From NCBI GenBank assembly GCA_049240965.1, contig JBMLRP010000056.1, forward strand, positions 1,425 through 65,424: 64,000 nucleotides of DNA. Direction: 5' to 3'. Made by a program: the position numbers and the translations under genes. The notes below the pieces were generated by a model. It did not search any database and was not told where the DNA came from. It saw nothing but the letters and a program-made list of their open reading frames with translations. Shown here piece after piece: positions 58,801 through 64,000 of the stretch. Every line of letters begins with the position of its first letter. The first letter of the stretch is position 1. This stretch comes from Akkermansiaceae bacterium (GTDB lineage Bacteria > Verrucomicrobiota > Verrucomicrobiia > Verrucomicrobiales > Akkermansiaceae).

Positions 58801-60688
58801 TGCTGCAGGATCTACACTCAATCTGTCTGGCACAGGAACCGCTGGTATTGGACCGGTGAATTTGCAAGGTGGACAAGTTAATCTCAATAGAAATACCTTC
58901 AGCATAGGAAACATCGTTGTAGAAGAAGGAAATAATGGAACCATCGATGGTATCAACGACCGCGTTGGTCTGGGAGGGCTTAGTGGCTCGGGTTCCCTGA
59001 CTCTGATCTCAAGATATGGCGGATCGAACGTCGGAGGTGGCGCTTTTGGATTCAGACTCGTAGCGGGCAACGGACCATTCACCGGAACTCTAAACCTTAA
59101 ATCTGGAATTGGCGCTATTTCATCTTTCGCAGCTTATTTTAATGGCGGTGGTTTTGATGGAAATTTATCTAATGCATTGGTAAACATCACTGACAACGCG
59201 CGTCTTGCTGGAGTCAATAACAGTTTTGGGAATACCATGAACGTCGGAGCTCTCTCGGGTGATACCACGGCGATTCTTGCCGGAGCCGACTATGCAGGGA
59301 GTCAAACCTACAACATCGGAGCCAAGAATCTCGATACGACCTTCCAAGGTCTGATCACCAACGGCAGCGGCGGAAATGCACACATCATCAAGTCGGGATC
59401 GGGATCGCTGACACTCACGGGTGCCAATACTTATGCAGGGACCACGACCGTGAATTCGGGAACTCTAGCCATCACCAACTCTTCAGCGCTAGGCTCTGAC
59501 ACAGTTGGCACTACCATTAACGGTGGCGACGTCAATGGTCAGGTTGCCATTACCGGAGATTTGACTCTTACTGAAGCCCTGACGATTGGCGGGCGACAAG
59601 GCCTAAACTTGGATGCTCCTCACATCGTGAATCGCAGTGGAAACAACCAACTTTCCGCCTCGGCCATCACACCGGCAACAGGAGGAAGCAACTATAACTT
59701 TCAGTCAGATCAAGGGAACCTGAAAGTATTGAGTCATTTCACTCCCTCTGGTGCGGTTACTGGTGCACGTTTCCTGCAGTTGCTGGGAGATGGAAACGGT
59801 GAATGGTCTGGATCGATCGGAAATGGAACGGCGACGCTATCCCTTAGGAAAGCGGGTGCGGGAACATGGATTCTCTCTGGCATGAACCATTACACGGGTG
59901 ATACAACTGTAGATGCAGGGACACTTTCTTTCACATCGACCAGTGAAACAAAATTCAACCCGACTTCCAACGGCACTTCGAACCAAATCGCAGGAAATGG
60001 TGCGGTCACCCTCGATGGCAAATTCGACATCAACCTCGCATCTGCCAACTTGACCAATGGCAATTCTTGGTTGCTCGTAGACACAGCCAATCTCACGGAA
60101 ACCTATGGGGCGAATTTCTCTGTGAACGGCTTCACGAAGACTGGCAATGATTGGATGAAAGTCGATGGAGCCGCAACCTGGACGTTTAGCGAAACCACGG
60201 GTTTATTGAGCCTGTCTCTGATTACCGATCCCTTCATTCCCTGGGTTGCCAATTACTTCCCCGGAGAAACCAATGCGGCGATCATCGGCAAAGGTGCTGA
60301 TCCCGACAATGACGGCCGCAACAACCTCGCTGAATTCGCTTTTAACAGCAACCCGTCGAGCGCCACAAGCGTTGATAAAGTCGTTGGTAAAGTGCTTGAG
60401 TTAAACGGAAATCGCATTTGGACTCTGACGCTTCCTGTGCGGACTGGCGCGACATTTTCCGATGACGCGAATACTCATGAGGAAGTCTCAGGACTGATCG
60501 ATGGAATCATCTATCGCATTCAGGGTAGCGCGGATCTGAATGCTTGGACACTGGATGTCAGCGAAATTGAAGCCGTCCAAACAGGCCTCCCAATATTAGA
60601 AACCGGCTGGAGCTACCGCACCTTCCGGGCTCCAGGCACGGTTGCGACAGAACCATCCGATTTCCTGCGAGTTAAAGTAACCGAATAA
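55883..60688 (+). CDS. giant secreted autotransporter-associated beta-strand repeat (PATR) protein
   Basis: 1601 aa with a signal peptide. Many copies of the G-[SA]-G-x-L-x-L-x-G-x-N-x-Y-x-G-x-T-x-[IV]-x-x-G-T-L module (e.g. GSGTLALTGNLDYTGATTITNGTLII, GSGSLTLTGANTYAGTTTVNSGTLAI). C-terminal DPDNDGRNNLAEF motif. No beta-barrel translocator region. Confidence 0.85.
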   Translation: MKPRRNTFISASSKMQIALTSLTFATCLVGSATAASATWLASPSDSNWNNNANWTAAFPNAITETATFSNAVTSFGGNANPITLSSGIALQNLAFSGSAGAYVVGATAGTNALSFRNSAAGGNSVSIAAAVTNPQIIATPIFFTAPSSTNGAFTFANNSTTLSATLSFTGNITANTSSTRPGRILLDGSNTGINIISSNITSPSYGQDVSLLVKNGSGTWILSGNNNFSGTGMTSATSSSGIQINAGVLSVRHNNALGSSATAGSLQVRINSGILELANQITLDNGINLNMNNGATIRSTGSNTINSRVTVTTTQASSVNLSTANITDVLTIGNATNDLTGGATDTSIQVTGAGTIVLPHSNNYKGVWSLTSGTLQLGNNTSLGLATSASVVFGASSDAILKLNGFSPTITGLSTNTTLGTPSIVNGNSGTSTLTVNNATSQTFAGALSDGSAGILAFTKGGSGTLALTGNLDYTGATTITNGTLIINSQLASPSIAVNSGSTLSGNGTIMGSVTISSTSRLAPGNGVGTLTMGSLTLASGAIFDCEFKADATANDLAVVTSTDGLMLNGGGFHLYEEGSTTQFRTPGTYTLISYNGTTTVSASNLTVLNPDATKNYSFSSDANNINLTITPSVISQWGLSTGGDWSNAGNWTGAGLPNASGYTALLGSSLTESGTITLNGDKTIATLSFDNANSYTITAATSETLYFDNTVNSGQSQIIGTTGNHQLLNSVALNSNTVISVSRAEDTITLNGVISGAGSISKSGPGSIHLGAINTYQGGTTISGGTVSFASGGINISAPITISNSRLKWASGNTDDISLAPLLEIVAGDAQLDTNGNDVAFSSSFGGGGAGNIIKSGEGKLTLVAGNNFGGASNISGGILSISADSALGSVPAAFNPQSITIGGATLQISGNIGINTNRGITLSSSNSNIDITSNSTVTYSGIISGNGALNLTGTGTFNVGGTNTFSGGTRIAAGSTLNLSGTGTAGIGPVNLQGGQVNLNRNTFSIGNIVVEEGNNGTIDGINDRVGLGGLSGSGSLTLISRYGGSNVGGGAFGFRLVAGNGPFTGTLNLKSGIGAISSFAAYFNGGGFDGNLSNALVNITDNARLAGVNNSFGNTMNVGALSGDTTAILAGADYAGSQTYNIGAKNLDTTFQGLITNGSGGNAHIIKSGSGSLTLTGANTYAGTTTVNSGTLAITNSSALGSDTVGTTINGGDVNGQVAITGDLTLTEALTIGGRQGLNLDAPHIVNRSGNNQLSASAITPATGGSNYNFQSDQGNLKVLSHFTPSGAVTGARFLQLLGDGNGEWSGSIGNGTATLSLRKAGAGTWILSGMNHYTGDTTVDAGTLSFTSTSETKFNPTSNGTSNQIAGNGAVTLDGKFDINLASANLTNGNSWLLVDTANLTETYGANFSVNGFTKTGNDWMKVDGAATWTFSETTGLLSLSLITDPFIPWVANYFPGETNAAIIGKGADPDNDGRNNLAEFAFNSNPSSATSVDKVVGKVLELNGNRIWTLTLPVRTGATFSDDANTHEEVSGLIDGIIYRIQGSADLNAWTLDVSEIEAVQTGLPILETGWSYRTFRAPGTVATEPSDFLRVKVTE

Positions 60689-60713
60689 GTAAGAGCATTT
60701 TCTTCAAACTCTC

Positions 60714-60751
60714 AAAACAAGGCCAGTGGATTTCGCTGGCCTTGTTTTTTG
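60714..60751 (+). terminator. rho-independent terminator after first PATR gene
   Basis: ACAAGGCCAG (60717-60726) pairs with CTGGCCTTGT (60736-60745), with a 9-nt loop, followed by TTTTT. Confidence 0.8.
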
Positions 60752-60997
60752 TCCATGAAAACGGCTGATCATTTTAGTGTTAGGGCGATATAGCTAAAAA
60801 TTCCAAAAAAAATCTTGGCAACTGAAGTCGTCAAGCTAAATTTCAACAAAATGAAAGATATAACATATAATACAGTCATTCAAAAAATTGTACTAGGTCA
60901 TGAGTGCATTCGTAAAAACAGTTGTTCCTGCCAATGCGCTTTATTTCCCTGGCTAACAACTCATTCACCACTTTTTCAAACCTATCTTGATCTTAGT

Positions 60998-63900
60998 ATG
61001 AAAACGAAAACCCATCGATACACACACGCTTCAGTAGGATTTTTCATCGCATTTCTCAGCTGTGCTGGCATTCGTGCTGCCACCATCAACTGGGACGGCA
61101 ATGGAAACAACGATAGTGGCGGTAATTGGTCCACTGGCGTCAATTGGTCCACTGACACCGTGCCTGGGTCTGCGGACACTGCCGTATTGACCGATGTTAG
61201 CACGGGAAGTCGCACGGTCACTTTCGACGCTACCGCTGTCAGTCCTGTGCAACAAATGGATTTCAATCAAACCACTGCAAGCTCCATCAACATCTTGGAT
61301 ATTCAGAAAAGTCTCACCGTTACCAACTTGATCAACCTTGGTTCCGAAACCGGAACCGAGCGCATCAGTATTGGCAGCGCTGCAAGTGCGAGCTTCGTTT
61401 TTTCCCCTACGGGAGGTTTGACTCTGAACCCGGGCGGAGAGCTCGTGATGACAGCCACAGGCAATGGAACTTCAGGATATTTTTTCGGCAATACGGGTGG
61501 ATCTGGCATGACGACCATCCAAGGAGGAACGTTGACCGTTAGCCCCACCTCAGGCACGAGTACGGGAACCTCCGCGAGTAATACCCATGCGGGCGGAATC
61601 ACCATGACCTCGGGTTCGCTTGTCATCGATAACATTACGGGACAACAGGACCGGCGGATCCTTATTCAAGGAGTTGTCAACATCACGGGAGGATCTGTTA
61701 CCAGCACAAAGGCAGTGGCAGCAGGCAACATTACTTACGCCTCTGCCACTCCGATCGTCTTCAATCCGGATTTTTTTAATACAAACCTGAACATGACCCT
61801 GGATCGAGCCGGGGATCAGTCACTCTCTACCAACAGAACACTGGGCACATTTCTGTTTCGAGGAACCGGAGTAAAAACACTATCGAGTTCGGCTCCGGGC
61901 AATGGCATCGGACAAATCCAGATGTTCGATAACAACGGCACTGGTGGCAGTCAAACGACTCTCAAACTGGGATCGAATATCAGTTCCAACACAGGTGCGA
62001 GCATGCCACTTTCACAAAATTTTGGGAACACACACGAGTCTGGACGTATTGATCTGGGTATCGACACCAACGGTTTCACCTTGGATCTTTCCGCGGGAGC
62101 TACGGCGGGGACCTGGACGCCTAACGCGAGCACACAAACCGGTGTCACAAATACCGTGTGGAATCTAACAGGAGCCGGTGCGATCAAGGCGAACCGTTTT
62201 ATACTAAGCACCGCTGCGGTAACGACAAGCCTTGCATCCGGAACCACACTCCATGCTGTAGGAGGAAACTCTACGGCTAATGATCTGGGAGGGACGGGAA
62301 CCCTCAGTCCGATGTCCGTCTTCCGATATTCCGGCGGCGCGGCAATGGCAACACCTGCGACGCTCACAAGCAACCGCGCTATCGGAAAGCTAGAAGTCAC
62401 ATCAGGAAATTTGCGAGTCTCAGGCACTCTCAATGCCAATGGTAACACCACAGTGTCGGGCGGAACTCTCCTCATTCCTGCGACAACATCACTTTATGGT
62501 GCAAACAGTGCAAACTGGACCGCAGCCAATTTAAACGTTCTCGCGGGAGGCACTCTGGCAATCAACGTCGGAGGAACGGGCGAATTTTCTACCACTGATC
62601 TTACAACATTGCTGACCAATTTATCTTCATCATCAGAGAACGGTCTCCGCGCCGGAGCCATCCTGGGATTCGATACCACCAATGCAAGTGGTGGCACGTT
62701 TACCATTGCCAGCACCTTGAGCGATACTTCCGGATCTACGGGTGGCTCACTCAACATCCATAAACTCGGAGGAACTACTACCTTAAACCTGAGTGCCGCG
62801 AACAACTATTCGGGCCTTACTACGGTGAGTGCTGGAATCTTGCGTATTTCAAATCATTCAGCGCTGGGCAATACGAACTCGGGCACCATCATCAATGGTT
62901 CTATTAACTCAACACTAGGAACATTATTGGATTTAAACGGCGTATCAACGAGCAGTGGCGAAAGTTTGACGCTGGCAAGTGGAAACCTCACGGGTGACAG
63001 TCGTGTCACCCTGCGCACAGTTGGAACGACGTCAAATACCTGGGCGGGGCCCATCATCATCACGGGCAGCAAAACCGCTCAATTTAATGCCAACCCCGGA
63101 GGACAACTCATCCTTGCAGGACCGATCACGCATTCCGATTACACAGGACCTGTATCACTGCGTGGAGGAGGCACGGGAACAATTGCTGGAGGAATCTTTT
63201 TATCCAGTTCATCAAATATCACGTTCAACGAAACAACGTCTGTATGGAATATCAACACTTCAGGTAATACATGGGGAAATACCAATCTGTTTCGAGGCAC
63301 GCTCATACTGGGCGCAGACCATGCTTTGCCAATGACAACATCGCTCAATTTCGGTGGAACCGACGGTTTTGGAACGCTCAAACTCAATGGCAAAAACCAA
63401 ACCGTTGCGGGTCTTACGACAAACGTCACAACCACGACCAACAAAATCGTTAATGGCAATGCAACCGCGGGACTGCTAACCGTCGACACCAATGGCACCA
63501 ACACATTCCATGGAGTTTTGGGGGGTGCAGGAACAGATGAGAACAATTTCTCCATCGTGAAAAGCGGCATTGGTACGCTCTTCTTATCAGCGGTTCACAC
63601 ATACAGCGGCAATACCACTGTCAACGGCGGGACTCTTCGATTCAACCAACCGAATCAGAACAACGAATCTTCCACCATTTCGATTGCATCAAGTAACGCG
63701 ACCTTGGATCTCAATTTCGATGAAACAGCGGGAACTGTTTCCGATACGGTAGAAAAACTATTCATCGGTGGAATACAACAAAATGCCGGTGTGTATAAAG
63801 CCCTCGATAACATCACGGACAGCGGTACGGGAATTCCACAAATCACAGGCCCCGGAACCCTCACAGTAACCTCGGGGCCGGGTGGATTTTCATCATGGCA

Positions 63901-64000
63901 AGCTGCCAATGGTGGTGCGGCAGCGACGGGGGGCTTCGCTGCCGACCACGACAACGATGGTGTCAGCAACGGCATCGAACACTTCATCGCTGGTTCGAAT
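60998..64000 (+). CDS. second giant PATR repeat protein (5' partial, continues past window end)
   Basis: It is not in the ORF track because no stop occurs. I translated by hand from the ATG at 60998 (MKTKTHRYTHASVGFFIAFLSCAGIRAATINWDGNGN...). The frame stays open for 1001 codons to base 64000. PATR modules are present (GGTTTLNLSAANNYSGLTTVSAGILRI, GIGTLFLSAVHTYSGNTTVNGGTLRF). A DHDNDGVSNGIEHF motif lies near the window end. Confidence 0.8.
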   Translation, partial: MKTKTHRYTHASVGFFIAFLSCAGIRAATINWDGNGNNDSGGNWSTGVNWSTDTVPGSADTAVLTDVSTGSRTVTFDATAVSPVQQMDFNQTTASSINILDIQKSLTVTNLINLGSETGTERISIGSAASASFVFSPTGGLTLNPGGELVMTATGNGTSGYFFGNTGGSGMTTIQGGTLTVSPTSGTSTGTSASNTHAGGITMTSGSLVIDNITGQQDRRILIQGVVNITGGSVTSTKAVAAGNITYASATPIVFNPDFFNTNLNMTLDRAGDQSLSTNRTLGTFLFRGTGVKTLSSSAPGNGIGQIQMFDNNGTGGSQTTLKLGSNISSNTGASMPLSQNFGNTHESGRIDLGIDTNGFTLDLSAGATAGTWTPNASTQTGVTNTVWNLTGAGAIKANRFILSTAAVTTSLASGTTLHAVGGNSTANDLGGTGTLSPMSVFRYSGGAAMATPATLTSNRAIGKLEVTSGNLRVSGTLNANGNTTVSGGTLLIPATTSLYGANSANWTAANLNVLAGGTLAINVGGTGEFSTTDLTTLLTNLSSSSENGLRAGAILGFDTTNASGGTFTIASTLSDTSGSTGGSLNIHKLGGTTTLNLSAANNYSGLTTVSAGILRISNHSALGNTNSGTIINGSINSTLGTLLDLNGVSTSSGESLTLASGNLTGDSRVTLRTVGTTSNTWAGPIIITGSKTAQFNANPGGQLILAGPITHSDYTGPVSLRGGGTGTIAGGIFLSSSSNITFNETTSVWNINTSGNTWGNTNLFRGTLILGADHALPMTTSLNFGGTDGFGTLKLNGKNQTVAGLTTNVTTTTNKIVNGNATAGLLTVDTNGTNTFHGVLGGAGTDENNFSIVKSGIGTLFLSAVHTYSGNTTVNGGTLRFNQPNQNNESSTISIASSNATLDLNFDETAGTVSDTVEKLFIGGIQQNAGVYKALDNITDSGTGIPQITGPGTLTVTSGPGGFSSWQAANGGAAATGGFAADHDNDGVSNGIEHFIAGSN

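Noticed and set aside
60840-60880. Searched the AT-rich stretch (GATATAACATATAATACAG) for a XerCD dif-like site, given xerD in the window.
   Set aside because: The arms are not inverted repeats of each other around a 6-nt spacer. There is only a partial ATGTTA resemblance to the XerD arm.
60851-60958. A 35-codon Cys-rich ORF in the inter-PATR spacer, considered as a possible small secreted peptide or bacteriocin-like gene.
   Set aside because: It has no ribosome-binding site, signal or leader motif, or partner genes. AT-rich spacers generate such ORFs by chance. It is kept only as a note within the spacer finding.
1-64000. Looked for CRISPR arrays, tandem repeats, transposase/IS ends, toxin-antitoxin pairs, reverse transcriptases and other defence-island hallmarks.
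   Set aside because: No regularly spaced repeats and no recognisable motifs of these families appear in any supplied ORF. The only defence-related gene I can support is the solitary mrr.

Overview
This 64-kb window is densely coded with mostly housekeeping genes. It probably comes from a Verrucomicrobiota/PVC-type genome. That is an inference from the giant autotransporter-associated beta-strand-repeat (PATR) proteins, a cytochrome-c/PA14 fusion next to a beta-propeller, and weak Shine-Dalgarno usage. I did not compute overall G+C; hand-counted 60-nt lines range from 33% to 65%.

Recognisable core genes, in window order:
- an MFS transporter, mrr, rnr, a cysteine desulfurase
- a YmdB-like phosphoesterase, miaA, tex, xerD
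- an ECF sigma / anti-sigma / PDZ module
- uvrA, tRNA-Lys(UUU), mpl, a GH20 hexosaminidase
- yjbQ, an M42 peptidase, PPK2
- tig-clpP followed by rpmH-rnpA-yidD-yidC
- purL, valS, priA
- a sugar ABC binding protein plus ATPase
- two tandem giant PATR surface proteins; the second runs off the 3' end of the window

I saw no CRISPR array, transposase, phage genes, rRNA, or obvious multi-gene defence island, and I cannot support a novel multi-gene system here.

The observations most worth a second look:
1. A low-GC mrr gene bracketed by identical 23-bp hairpin-forming direct repeats.
2. The tandem barrel-less PATR giants.
3. An uncharacterised protein plus YkgJ pair between tRNA-Lys and uvrA.
4. 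A membrane-anchored beta-helix protein with a J-like N-terminus.
5. An ABC transporter locus with no permease gene.

All product calls come from motif recognition in the supplied translations. No searches were run. Start codons are often my own choice among in-frame alternatives.
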